Position numbers and translations under genes: made by a program. From a virus (lineage: Duplodnaviria > Caudoviricetes), in the IMG/VR virus record IMGVR_UViG_3300019742_000004, positions 1-54,711 of that record: a DNA stretch of 54,711 nucleotides. One strand, given 5' to 3'. The stretch's first letter is position 1. Every line of letters begins with the position of its first letter. The notes beneath the pieces are model-generated. The model was not told the DNA's origin. It made no database searches and saw only the letters and a list, made by a program, of their open reading frames with translations. Of this stretch, positions 37,826 to 48,200 are shown one piece after another.

Positions 37826-37887
37826 GAGGATGTTTTGTAATTTAGAATAATTATATATAATTTTGAGTGTTAAATATACTTGCATAA

Positions 37888-39294
37888 ATGAATTTTTTTG
37901 ATAAGATAGGCATTCGTAAGAGAAAAAAATCCGAGACGGTCAATAAACAATCGGCGAGTATACCGTATATAGACATCACAGGCGGTTCAATGTCAGCTAA
38001 TTGGCTGAGCTTAGGTGGCTCTTCTGAACTGAATAAAGCTTATATGAACCCCGCAGTACAACCAGCCGTAAATATCTGGGGTTCTGCTGTTTCAAACATG
38101 AAGCGCTCAATTAAGAACTTGAAAAGTGGTGAAGTATATAACAGTGAAACTATAATTAAAGCGCCTGAAGAAATTCAGAATCTATATAGGTTATTAAAAC
38201 AACCTAATCCTTTTATGTCAGAAGCTGAATTACTTAACTTTAGAACTATTACACAGAAAGTTAACGGGAATTCATATACGTATTATAGACCGTACACAGG
38301 ATTCGAAAGCTTAGATAAGCTGAGATTAAAAGATTTAACAGCTATTTATTCTTTGTGGCCTCAGTTTGTAAAACCATTGGTGCCAAGTAATCCTGAATTA
38401 TTCCCCGCTGAATTAAGCGAAACAATAAAAGGTTATGCTTTTGTGAGCGGGATGTATAAGAAAGAATTTGGCTCGCATTTAGTAATGCATGCCAATGAGG
38501 TAAATCTAACAATGACAGCGGGATTAAATGATAATCCTTATAAGGGAATGTCACCTTTACTTCCTCAGAAAATGCCTATTTCGAATATTGAAGCGGCTTT
38601 AGAAAGTAGAAATGTGTTCTATAACAACCACGGAATGCTAGGTATTATCTCATCTGACAAGCAAAATGCAGGGGATAAAATGCCAATGTTGCCAGCCGAA
38701 CGAGAGCAGTTCGATAAAGATTTAGAAGGATTTGGCACAAAATACGGACAAAGTAAGTACTATATAACTAACGAGTCTATTAAGTACACGAATATGGCTA
38801 TGTCACCAAATGACTTAGGTTTATTCGAAGAAATATGGAATAGCTCTATAATGATCGGTAACGGTTTAAGAGTGCCTAAAAACTTAATAGAAACTTATTT
38901 ACAAGGCGCTACTTTCGATAATCAAAATTTAGCATGGTTAAGATTCTATCAAGATAGCGTAATACCTTTCGCGCAAGGAATGAATCAAGCTGAGACCGAA
39001 AAACTAGGCTTAAGAGAATTAGGTTACGAAATAATAGGTTCATTCGATCATTTACAAGTACTTCAGAAAGACGAGAAACAAGCAGCCGAAACAAAGGCTA
39101 AGAATGTTGAGGCAACTATTAAGGCATTCGAAAAAGGAGCGGCAACAATAGCGGATATTGCACAGGCTAACGGTTTAGAATCTGACGACGACAGGACAAT
39201 ACTTGACTTATCACCAGAAGAGAGAGCAATCGTACTAAATACTAAAGCAAATGGCACTAACGAAGGAGCAACTAGCACAGATGGAGAAGCTTAA
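37888..39294 (+). CDS. portal protein (HK97-like)
   Basis: QPNPFMS...GNSY...GMSPL...FYNN.GM.GII; first gene of the head operon. Confidence 0.9.
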   Translation: MNFFDKIGIRKRKKSETVNKQSASIPYIDITGGSMSANWLSLGGSSELNKAYMNPAVQPAVNIWGSAVSNMKRSIKNLKSGEVYNSETIIKAPEEIQNLYRLLKQPNPFMSEAELLNFRTITQKVNGNSYTYYRPYTGFESLDKLRLKDLTAIYSLWPQFVKPLVPSNPELFPAELSETIKGYAFVSGMYKKEFGSHLVMHANEVNLTMTAGLNDNPYKGMSPLLPQKMPISNIEAALESRNVFYNNHGMLGIISSDKQNAGDKMPMLPAEREQFDKDLEGFGTKYGQSKYYITNESIKYTNMAMSPNDLGLFEEIWNSSIMIGNGLRVPKNLIETYLQGATFDNQNLAWLRFYQDSVIPFAQGMNQAETEKLGLRELGYEIIGSFDHLQVLQKDEKQAAETKAKNVEATIKAFEKGAATIADIAQANGLESDDDRTILDLSPEERAIVLNTKANGTNEGATSTDGEA

Positions 39295-39345
39295 AGACAA
39301 AAAAGATAAGTCTTTAAATGATAATAAAATAGTCAAAAAATAATT

Positions 39346-40167
39346 ATGGACAAGTTAAATATACCTGAATTTAAAGACAAGAAAGAGCTATTTAAGTTTC
39401 TTGTCGAGAATAAAAGCACTTTAGAGGCTCAGAAAAAAGCTGAAACAAAACATGCTGATTCAGTTATGTTTATCATGCCTTCTAATAGTAAAAAAACAGC
39501 CAATAAATCAGAAGCGAATATAGATAGCATAGATGAATTAAAAGTTAAGGTAGTTATTAATACGACTAATTTAATAGACTCGCATTCAGATATGCACGTA
39601 CCAGGTATATGGGACAAATCTTTAAAAGAGAATAAAAGCATAATGCACTTGCAAGAGCATGTTAATAAATTCGATCATTTAATTGCAGATAGCGAAGATA
39701 TAACGGCATACACTCAGAATTACACATTCAAAGAGCTTGGTTTTGATATAGAAGGAAAGACACAAGCGTTAGTATTTGAATCTACTATAAGAAAAGATGT
39801 AAATCCTTATATGTTTAAGCTTTATTATAACGGTAGGGTAAAAGAACATAGCGTTGGGATGCGTTATGTAAAATTAGTAATGGCTGTAAACGATGAAGAT
39901 TGGGGTGCTGAATTTGAAGCGTGGGAAAAATATTATCCAGATGTTGCTAATAAAGAAGTAGCAGATGCTCAAGGTTATTTCTGGGTAGTAAAAGAAGCTA
40001 AGGTGGTTGAGGGATCCGCAGTATTAAAAGGCAGTAATTATGCAACCCCAACATTAACAGTAGAAAGTAAAAACGAGCCGCTGAAAGGCACTCACAAAGA
40101 TAATAATGAGCCGTCAATCGACACTCAAGAAGTAAAGCAATTAATTAGTAATTTTAAAATTTTTTGA
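39346..40167 (+). CDS. prohead maturation protease
   Basis: IDSHSD, HLQEH, EHSVGM, EGSAVLKGSN; lies between portal and capsid. Confidence 0.8.
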   Translation: MDKLNIPEFKDKKELFKFLVENKSTLEAQKKAETKHADSVMFIMPSNSKKTANKSEANIDSIDELKVKVVINTTNLIDSHSDMHVPGIWDKSLKENKSIMHLQEHVNKFDHLIADSEDITAYTQNYTFKELGFDIEGKTQALVFESTIRKDVNPYMFKLYYNGRVKEHSVGMRYVKLVMAVNDEDWGAEFEAWEKYYPDVANKEVADAQGYFWVVKEAKVVEGSAVLKGSNYATPTLTVESKNEPLKGTHKDNNEPSIDTQEVKQLISNFKIF

Positions 40168-40168
40168 A

Positions 40169-41701
40169 ATGAATGAAGAATTAAAAAAAGAATTTGACGG
40201 TCTTTTGTTAAATGTAAAAGAACAAGTCAAAACCCAACTTGAGGATGTTACTAAAAATTTAGAAGGTAATGACCAGTTGAAAGAAAATCTTTCTAACCTT
40301 GAAAAAGGTTTAGAAAAAGTGACTGAGCAAGTTAAAAACTTGACTGATAATAATGACATGGCTAAGTTAAAAGAAGCTATGGAAGATATCGAGAAAGTAG
40401 TTCAAATGCAAGCTACACTTATTGATGCTAATAAAAATAAAAATTCAAGCGGTCTTGAGGTAGTTACATTTAAAGACTTAGCAGATAAGTTCACTGATTC
40501 AGATGCTTATAAAAATTACCTAGCGAATCCTAATGGTAATTCTCAGAAAATGGAGCTTAAAGATGTTTCCCTTTCTGGTAATTATATCGGCTTTGCAAAT
40601 AAACCGGCTACATTAACCGATCAAACAGGTGTGGTAGTTATACAGCCTTATCAGGAAAACAACATTAGAGCAAGAGATTTAATGCCTACAAGCCCTATTG
40701 ATGTTCCTTTTGTAATCTCTGAAGAGATTGTTGATTGGGTTAATACTATTGATGTTAATTCTGAGAATGGCACTTTGGTTGAATTTGATTTCAAGGCAGA
40801 ATATAAGACATTTGAGAAAAAGAGAATTGGTGCTTATACTAAGATATCTAAAGACATGATAGAGTCAAGACCTTTTATTGTTTCTCAGGTTCAAAACGTA
40901 TTGCCTCGTAAGTACTACTACAAAGAGAATCAAGAAATGTTTAGAGGCTCAGGCACAGGCAATCACTTGCAAGGTATTTTCACAAATGCTAATGTAAGAA
41001 CTTTTGCATTAAATGGAACTTTCGCAGCTGGTTCTATTGCCTCTGTATCTTCTTTCGGAGATGGTAGTTCTGTATTGATAGAATTCACTAACGACCATAA
41101 GTTATGGGAAGGATATAAATTAACTATTGCTAATGCAACTGAAGCCACATACAATGATGCTTTTAATGTACATGTACATACTAAGAAAAAAATTGTTATT
41201 GAAGTAGCATATGTTGTAGAGGCTGATACCTCAGCATGGACAGGTACATTTGAGCATCCAAGATATAAGAAAGTATTTAATCCTAATATCGGGGATGTTG
41301 CTAGTAACGCTATGAGAGCTTTAAATCAAGGCTTTAACAAAACTACTGCTATTCTAATCAATCCTTATGATGCATCAGATTTGAATGATTTGAAAGACAC
41401 AACAGGTCAATACGTTATGAAATTTGTAGACACACAAGGTAACGTAGTTATCAATAGAGTTCCTGTTGTTGAATCTGACGCTGTAACTATTGGTGAAATT
41501 TGGCTAGGTGATTTCGCTGGTTCTGCTGCTGTATTTGATTATAAAGATTTGGAAATGTACATGAGTACAGATGTATCTTACCAGCTTAATAATCAAGTAG
41601 CATTGATACTAGAGGCGCATGTTATATTAGCTAATTATAATCCATTAATGTTTATGAAGGTTAATATTGCTGGCGCGAAAACAGGTTTATCAGACGCTTA
41701 A
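40169..41701 (+). CDS. major capsid protein (HK97 fold) with coiled-coil delta domain
   Basis: N-terminal coiled coil, KISKDMIES, GSGTGNHLQGI, INPYD...LKDTTGQY. Confidence 0.9.
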   Translation: MNEELKKEFDGLLLNVKEQVKTQLEDVTKNLEGNDQLKENLSNLEKGLEKVTEQVKNLTDNNDMAKLKEAMEDIEKVVQMQATLIDANKNKNSSGLEVVTFKDLADKFTDSDAYKNYLANPNGNSQKMELKDVSLSGNYIGFANKPATLTDQTGVVVIQPYQENNIRARDLMPTSPIDVPFVISEEIVDWVNTIDVNSENGTLVEFDFKAEYKTFEKKRIGAYTKISKDMIESRPFIVSQVQNVLPRKYYYKENQEMFRGSGTGNHLQGIFTNANVRTFALNGTFAAGSIASVSSFGDGSSVLIEFTNDHKLWEGYKLTIANATEATYNDAFNVHVHTKKKIVIEVAYVVEADTSAWTGTFEHPRYKKVFNPNIGDVASNAMRALNQGFNKTTAILINPYDASDLNDLKDTTGQYVMKFVDTQGNVVINRVPVVESDAVTIGEIWLGDFAGSAAVFDYKDLEMYMSTDVSYQLNNQVALILEAHVILANYNPLMFMKVNIAGAKTGLSDA

Positions 41702-41710
41702 TATTAATAC

Positions 41711-41728
41711 GGAGGGCTTCGGCTCTCC
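41711..41728 (+). terminator. hairpin after capsid gene
   Basis: ggagggc-ttcg-gctctcc. Confidence 0.55.
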
Positions 41729-41743
41729 TAGTAATCTTTAATT

Positions 41744-42157
41744 ATGAAAATTACATTTGAAGGTACAGATAGTAAAATTAAAAACTTTCTAAGATGCTAT
41801 GGGCAATGGTTAAAGGTTCATTGCATCAAAATAGTCGAACCCTCGGAGCCAGACAACTCTGAACTCGAAAACAATATTGCTGAAAATGAATCTGATAAAG
41901 TTGAAATGACGGCTAAAATCGAGGAGTTAAACAGCTCTTTAACTGAATTAGACGCTTTAAAAGATAAAAACGAAGCTTTAAAACTTGAAGTCGAAAGACT
42001 TGCGCAAGCTAATAAACAAGAGGCTGATAATTCAAGCGTTGAAGAGTTAGAAAGGCAATTAGCAGATACTAAGGAAGAATTAAGACTTTCTCAAGCTAAT
42101 TTAGCAAATTACAAATCTAAGCTTAAAAAAGCAAACGAGAAACTTAAGGAAGAATGA
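41744..42157 (+). CDS. coiled-coil protein
   Basis: Heptad-rich ORF in the head operon. Confidence 0.6.
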   Translation: MKITFEGTDSKIKNFLRCYGQWLKVHCIKIVEPSEPDNSELENNIAENESDKVEMTAKIEELNSSLTELDALKDKNEALKLEVERLAQANKQEADNSSVEELERQLADTKEELRLSQANLANYKSKLKKANEKLKEE

Positions 42158-42774
42158 TAAACACAGTTGCAGATTTTACAGGAGATTATAACCTTACTCA
42201 ATTATCTCTAGAAGAACCAGATTTACAAGAGGTTATTAACGAGGAAGAAATAAGAGTATTGACTGATATTATGGGTGGTCATGAGTTTAGATTATTAGAA
42301 GAAGATCTAGATGTTGACGGAATCCCACAGACTCAGAAATACATTGATCTTATCGAAGGCTCTAAGGAATATACTGTAAAAGATGTTGACGGTGTTGAGC
42401 ATACTTTGGAATGGGGAGGGTTAAAAGAAACACTAAAGGGTTATTGTTATTTTGCTGTATTGCACTATCAGAAAAGTTTTAACACTGGAAGCGGGGAGGT
42501 TCAATTGCTAGGTAGCGAGACAGACCGACCAAGCACCGGAAAGGCTAAGACGGCAAGAAACAAAGCAGCGAGACTAACAGGTAAAGACCTTAGAGAGTAT
42601 ACATGTGATAAATCTTTAGGTATAGTTTCTATTAATTCACAACCATACGACGCTAAGAATTATAACTGGTATTGGGAATATGCAATTGAGAATACTTTTT
42701 TTAACTATATGTTAGCTAATATTAGCGATTTTCCGAAGTGGACATTTAAACAACAGGATATAATAGTATTTTAA
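42154..42774 (+). CDS. putative head-tail adaptor
   Basis: Position between capsid and tail genes. Confidence 0.5.
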   Translation: MINTVADFTGDYNLTQLSLEEPDLQEVINEEEIRVLTDIMGGHEFRLLEEDLDVDGIPQTQKYIDLIEGSKEYTVKDVDGVEHTLEWGGLKETLKGYCYFAVLHYQKSFNTGSGEVQLLGSETDRPSTGKAKTARNKAARLTGKDLREYTCDKSLGIVSINSQPYDAKNYNWYWEYAIENTFFNYMLANISDFPKWTFKQQDIIVF

Positions 42775-43301
42775 TGGCGTTGTCAAGAAACATAAATAAT
42801 TTGCAGGATGTTGATATAATTGCGTATCTAACGGCTTTATTTAATACTTACAAAACTGAGCAATCGGTTACGTGTTCGTTTTTGAATGGGATGTTAAAAG
42901 ACGTGGTTAGTGAGTTGCAGAAAAAAGAAACGTATCCAGCAATGTTATTCATAGAACCAATAGAGGAAAATTATGATTATGACCCTAATAGCTCAAGGTT
43001 TCAAAGCACGTCTATTAAAATGATTGTAACTGCGCCGATAAACTGGTCAGATTGGTCTACTAATGAAATTCATACAAATACATTAAGCGGGTTAAAAGCT
43101 ATTGCGTTTGGTTTTCAAAAATATCTATTAAATGATAAGTCTATAGATAGTAAGAAATTACAATATAGAACTAAATCATACACTCATTACAGGCTAGCCT
43201 TACAAGACGGTAATCGAAAAGCAATAATTTTTGATAAAAATAGCGCTGTAGAAATAAATTTCAATTTAGAATTTACAAATAAATTTAAAACTTGTTCATA
43301 A
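42774..43301 (+). CDS. putative tail terminator
   Basis: Precedes major tail gene; YPAM motif. Confidence 0.5.
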   Translation: MALSRNINNLQDVDIIAYLTALFNTYKTEQSVTCSFLNGMLKDVVSELQKKETYPAMLFIEPIEENYDYDPNSSRFQSTSIKMIVTAPINWSDWSTNEIHTNTLSGLKAIAFGFQKYLLNDKSIDSKKLQYRTKSYTHYRLALQDGNRKAIIFDKNSAVEINFNLEFTNKFKTCS

Positions 43302-43302
43302 A

Positions 43303-44217
43303 ATGGCATGTGATAACAATATTAATGACTTATTTGCTTCAGATTGTCCTTTTGGATTAAAAGTAGCATCTAAATTATTTTTCCAGCCTATCAAGGATAG
43401 CGCGGGAGCACGTAACGGATTTGATACCGTAGCTGATTTCACATTAGCAAATATCAATACAGCATTAGCAGAATCGGATCAGTTTGCTAGGTTCTACCCT
43501 GCTGACGGTGAGTTAGAAAACGTAGAAGACACTAGAGGAGATAGCACTACTCAGGAGTTTAATTCTGGTAATATTGCTTTTATCGCTCAAGGGCCACGTA
43601 CTTTCACGGCCATTTATTCTAATGCGAATCCTCAACTGATTGACCAGTTCAATAGCTTGACTTCGTTAAACATGGGATTCACATACGCCGATACTGATGG
43701 TAATTACGTGTATCAAACAGATCCTGCTACACATAAAAAAGTATATCCTATTAATATTCTTAAAGGATCGCTAAGAGCTACTATGATACCTGCAACTGAT
43801 ACGACTGTATCGGCTGTTCAGATTCAATTTACTATTCCTAAAACTGTTGATGATTCATTAACGAGAGTAATTCCTAGAGATACACACGGAATTGATTTAT
43901 TTAATGATGTAAACGCACGTAAGCAAGTATTTACACCAGCATTTACAGCGGTAGCAACTAAGACTACCATTGAGTTAACTACTAAGTATGATGCAGCAGT
44001 AACAGGATTATTATTAGCTGATTTTGCTTTGTATAATAATACCCAATCAGCGGCAGTAACTATAGATTCTGTTAATGAGGTTTCAGATGGTGTATATGAG
44101 TTGAATCATGCGGTTGGTGTTGTTTCTACTGATGTACTTCAACCTACTATAACATTCAACCCAACGACTACTTATAACTTTGATTTGGTTAACGCTTCAA
44201 CTGTAACTGTAGCATAA
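43303..44217 (+). CDS. major tail tube protein (putative)
   Basis: Size, composition and position; C-terminal Ig-like segment. Confidence 0.7.
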   Translation: MACDNNINDLFASDCPFGLKVASKLFFQPIKDSAGARNGFDTVADFTLANINTALAESDQFARFYPADGELENVEDTRGDSTTQEFNSGNIAFIAQGPRTFTAIYSNANPQLIDQFNSLTSLNMGFTYADTDGNYVYQTDPATHKKVYPINILKGSLRATMIPATDTTVSAVQIQFTIPKTVDDSLTRVIPRDTHGIDLFNDVNARKQVFTPAFTAVATKTTIELTTKYDAAVTGLLLADFALYNNTQSAAVTIDSVNEVSDGVYELNHAVGVVSTDVLQPTITFNPTTTYNFDLVNASTVTVA

Positions 44218-44393
44218 TGCTAGATAAAGTATTTGATAAAGAGCAAGCTTGCAAAATGACCGAAAGCGAGTTTTGCAAGCGTTACGCAGGAAATAGATAT
44301 CTAGTTAGAAATAAAATAGATATCAAAGAAGCGTACAAGGAGCTAACGAAAGACAAGAAAAAGTCTAACAAAAATAAGGAGGGGGATAAATAA
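44217..44393 (+). CDS. small protein (58 aa)
   Basis: Read manually; TAATG-coupled to the tail gene. Confidence 0.55.
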   Translation: MLDKVFDKEQACKMTESEFCKRYAGNRYLVRNKIDIKEAYKELTKDKKKSNKNKEGDK

Positions 44394-44408
44394 TATCCCC
44401 TTTTTTTA
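44381..44408 (+). terminator. intrinsic terminator
   Basis: ggggata...tatcccc followed by T8. Confidence 0.7.
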
Positions 44409-44409
44409 A

Positions 44410-44865
44410 ATGAATAAGATTAAGAAAATATTAGAGAATCTAAGAACTTTCGATCTATCAGAGTCGATAGAAAAGTCTATTGAAGAGAACGAAGATTTAA
44501 TAATAGATGAGAATATAGCACAAGTAAGAGATTACGGTATAGATGGTTCAAGTCAATCTATAAGTGCGGAAAATCCATATACAGAATTCACTATACAGGC
44601 TAAGGCAGAAAAAGGGACATTAACTAGCAATAACCCTAGTATAGTAAACCTAGAAGACGAAGTAAATTATCATAATAAAAAGAAACTAATAAAAAATGGC
44701 AACAGTCACGACATCGAAAGCTTGGATGAAAAAAATGATGACCTCGTTAAAAAATACGGGGAAGAGATCAATCAGCTCGAAGACTCAAGACTCTACGGAA
44801 TTGTTAAAGAAACAATCTTATTCGACGCTAGAGCAGATTTCAGAAAAGTGCTGGACGTCAATTAA
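44410..44865 (+). CDS. putative neck/tail-completion protein
   Basis: PYTEFT...K...VNL.D...LVKKYG pattern; position. Confidence 0.5.
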   Translation: MNKIKKILENLRTFDLSESIEKSIEENEDLIIDENIAQVRDYGIDGSSQSISAENPYTEFTIQAKAEKGTLTSNNPSIVNLEDEVNYHNKKKLIKNGNSHDIESLDEKNDDLVKKYGEEINQLEDSRLYGIVKETILFDARADFRKVLDVN

Positions 44866-45298
44866 TGAATTACCATTTTATAACTACAGATTAATTAGAG
44901 AAGAAGATAATATAAAGCATTTACTCAAAGAGAAAATAGAGATAAATGAAGATAATATAAAGCACTTACATACTATTAACGAGAACATTGAATCTGAAAT
45001 GATCGATGTATTCGGGGTTAGTAAGTCATATCATAGGAAATTTAAACTAAAGAATAAATTAAAATCACTTGAACTAAAATTCATCGCTACATCAGATAGA
45101 ACACTATTAACTGATATTTATATACTAAGAAAGCAAATTGAAGAAATTAAAGACGGAAAAGAGCAAGATTTATACGAGCTAGAAAGAGTTATAAATCGAC
45201 ATTATAAAATGACATTAGATGTCCGTGCAACTTCTACTAGACAGATATACGGATACATAGAAGATATTAACAAGGAAATAAAGCGCAATGGCAGATAA
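44696..45298 (+). CDS. putative tail assembly chaperone (start uncertain)
   Basis: Immediately precedes the tape measure gene; overlaps the upstream gene. Confidence 0.45.
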   Translation: MATVTTSKAWMKKMMTSLKNTGKRSISSKTQDSTELLKKQSYSTLEQISEKCWTSINELPFYNYRLIREEDNIKHLLKEKIEINEDNIKHLHTINENIESEMIDVFGVSKSYHRKFKLKNKLKSLELKFIATSDRTLLTDIYILRKQIEEIKDGKEQDLYELERVINRHYKMTLDVRATSTRQIYGYIEDINKEIKRNGR

Positions 45299-48200
45299 AG
45301 CAATTACAGGTAAGGATATATTTGATGGCGATGTATCGAGTCTTGAGAGATTAGAAAAATCACTAAAAGAAATAGATATTGTAATAGACTCGCTTAACCA
45401 AAGCGCAGGGGAGTTAAGCAAGGATTTTGAGAATCTAGCTAAATCATCAAAGGTTAACAGCGATGCAATAAAAAAGGCTAACTTACTGAATCGTGAGGCT
45501 GAAAAATTAGAAAGAGAGCGAATAAAAACACTTAAAATTCAAGAAGGATTAAATAGAGAGCGCGAAAAGACTATTCAGGCCATAGCAACTACTCAGCAAA
45601 AAAAGAATGCTTTAGCAGAGCAGGAGCGTAAAATAGGTGAGCGATTAGAAAAGCAAAATAAAAGCTTAAATTCAGAATACAAAAAGCAAAGTGCTACCCT
45701 TACTAAACTAAGAAACGAGGCAAAAGATTTAGCTCTAACTTTAGGCCAAGATTCGAGAGAGTTTAAAAAAGCAGCTAAAGAAGTTCAGAATTTAGATAAG
45801 AGATTAAAATCTATCGATACCGAACTAGGGCAATCACAAAGAGAAGTAGGTAACTACGGTAAGGCATGGAGTAAGGCTACTAAGTTAATTGGTGGAGGTT
45901 TAGCCGCTGTTGGTATAACTCAAGGACTTGGAGTGGTTAAAGACGCTCTTACAGATGCCGTAAAAGTAACCGCAGAGTTTGGAGAAAAAGTAAGTTTCTT
46001 GGGTGCTGTTTCTGGAGCTTCAGTGTCAGAACTTAAAACGTTAGAAAAACAAGCCTTAGAACTAGGACGAACTACTCAAAGAAGCGCGGGAGATGTAGCA
46101 CAATTACAGGTTGAATTATCGAAATTAGGATTCACAGCAAAATCAATTGAAGACGCAACAGAGGGAATATTAGAGCTTTCAATCGCGACAGGTGAGGACT
46201 TAGCAGATTCAGCAGCAGTAACAGCAGGGGTTTTAAATGCATTTCAAAAAGACGCTTCTGAAACTGGAGAAGTTGTAGATATAATGGCGAAAGCGTTTAG
46301 TTCATCCGCTTTAGATCTACAGAAGTTCAAGGTAGCTATTGCGCCAGTCGCACCAGTGGCTAATCAAGCGGGAGTAAGTTTAGAACGCGTAACAGCTGAA
46401 TTGGGTATATTAGTAGATAGAAATATAGATGCAAGTTCAGCAGGAGCGGCATTAAGAAATATATTCTTAGACCTATCTGCTTCGGGAATGGACTACGACG
46501 AAGCACTTAGACAAATTCGTGAATCTAGCGACTCGAACGCAGCAGCTTTGGAATTATTCGGTAAACGAGGTGCAGCAGTAGCTTCTATCTTAGCAACTTC
46601 ACAGCCGGCAATTGAAAAACTAACAACCGGATTAGAAAATAGTGCGGGAGCAGCTAAACGAATGAGTGATATTTTAGCCGATAACCTAGAGGGCGACTTT
46701 AAAGCAAGTGCATCTGCTTCAGAAGGTCTGCAAATCTCGCTAGGTAAAAGGCTGGAGCCGTCGTTGCGAAAGGTAACAAAAGCGTGGACAAATATAAAAA
46801 TAGCAACGGCTGAATTTTTGGAGTTATCACCTGAAAAAGAAATAGAAAAAGAGCGTGAAGAAGTATTTAAGCTAACAGGAATAATCCAAAACAACAATGT
46901 AACACGCGAAGAACAGAACGCGGCATTAGAGAAACTACAACAAATAGCGCCTGAAGTCGCAAAAGGCGTAAGTTTAGAAACTAAAAACTACGAATTATTA
47001 AACGACCAATTGCGTGTATATCTTCAGAACGTTATAAAACGAATAGCCTTAGCTAATCTAGAAAAAGAGCGTGAAGAAGAATTAGCAGAAATCGCGGATA
47101 TAAGAATAAAACAAGGGCAAAATATAATAGCGGCCTTAGAAGCTACAACGACTGTTAATAAGGAGTTTGTGTCTTCCGAAACAGACGTCCAAAAAAAGCT
47201 TAAAGAAACAATTATCTTATTACAAGAGGAAGTTGACAGACAAGAAGAAGCTGGCGAGGCAGGCGAAAAACTTGTAACTCAAAGAGGTGCTATAATAGAT
47301 AGCAGAACAGATGAGCAAAAGGCATTACAAACTTTAATAAATAACTATAGTGCATTTAACAGGCTTGAAGAAGAAGCTAACGAAATAAGTAGAGAATCAA
47401 TTGATCCACTTAATAAAAAAATAAATGTACTAAATGACTTATTAAGCGTAACAAAAGAACCTGTAGATACTGACATAATAAACGTCGAGGAAGATTTAGC
47501 TAATTTCGATGAATTAGTAGCTACGTCTTCAGAAGCTATAGAAGAAATTAACAAAGAAGTTGAAAAAGGACAAAAAGAATTTCTTAAAATAGAAGGTAAG
47601 AGGCTTGCGGAGTTTAAGCGTATTCAAGCTTTGCTAGATAGCATCCGTAAAGAATCAGGAGAGCTCGACATAGAATTAGTAAGAAATCAATTTGACAAAG
47701 AAGAAAGATTAGCGGAAGTATTTTATAAATTAAAGCTTGATGAATTTGAAATAAATCAAGATGAATTAACAGCAAAAGCAGAAGAAAGCGCCGAGCAATT
47801 AACTACAATTGAAAGAGCTAAGTATACATTATTGCTTCAGTTACAAGAGGAATATCTAAATAAAGTAGAACAAAACGACCTAAATAGAGCGTTATCAGAT
47901 TTAGAAAATCAACAAGCTTTAATTGACGAAAAAATATCTATACTATCTAGTTTAGATGTGTATAACGAAGAGGCGTTTACTGAGCAAATAGCAGCTGAAG
48001 AAGAAAGATATGCTTTAGAAAGGCAAGCATTAGCAGGACAAAATGAAGCTTTAGAAGCAGCGGCTGTTGAGCATAATGCTAAAATGAGGGAATTAGGCAT
48101 ACAAGAAACTGATGCAAAACAAAAAGAATTAGAAAAAATAAATGAATTAGAACAAGCTAGAATCGGAGTGATAAGAGCAGGCTCACAAACGTTAAGAACA

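Noticed and set aside
44902-44964. Short direct repeat encoding EDNIKHL twice
   Set aside because: Small intragenic duplication with no further structure.
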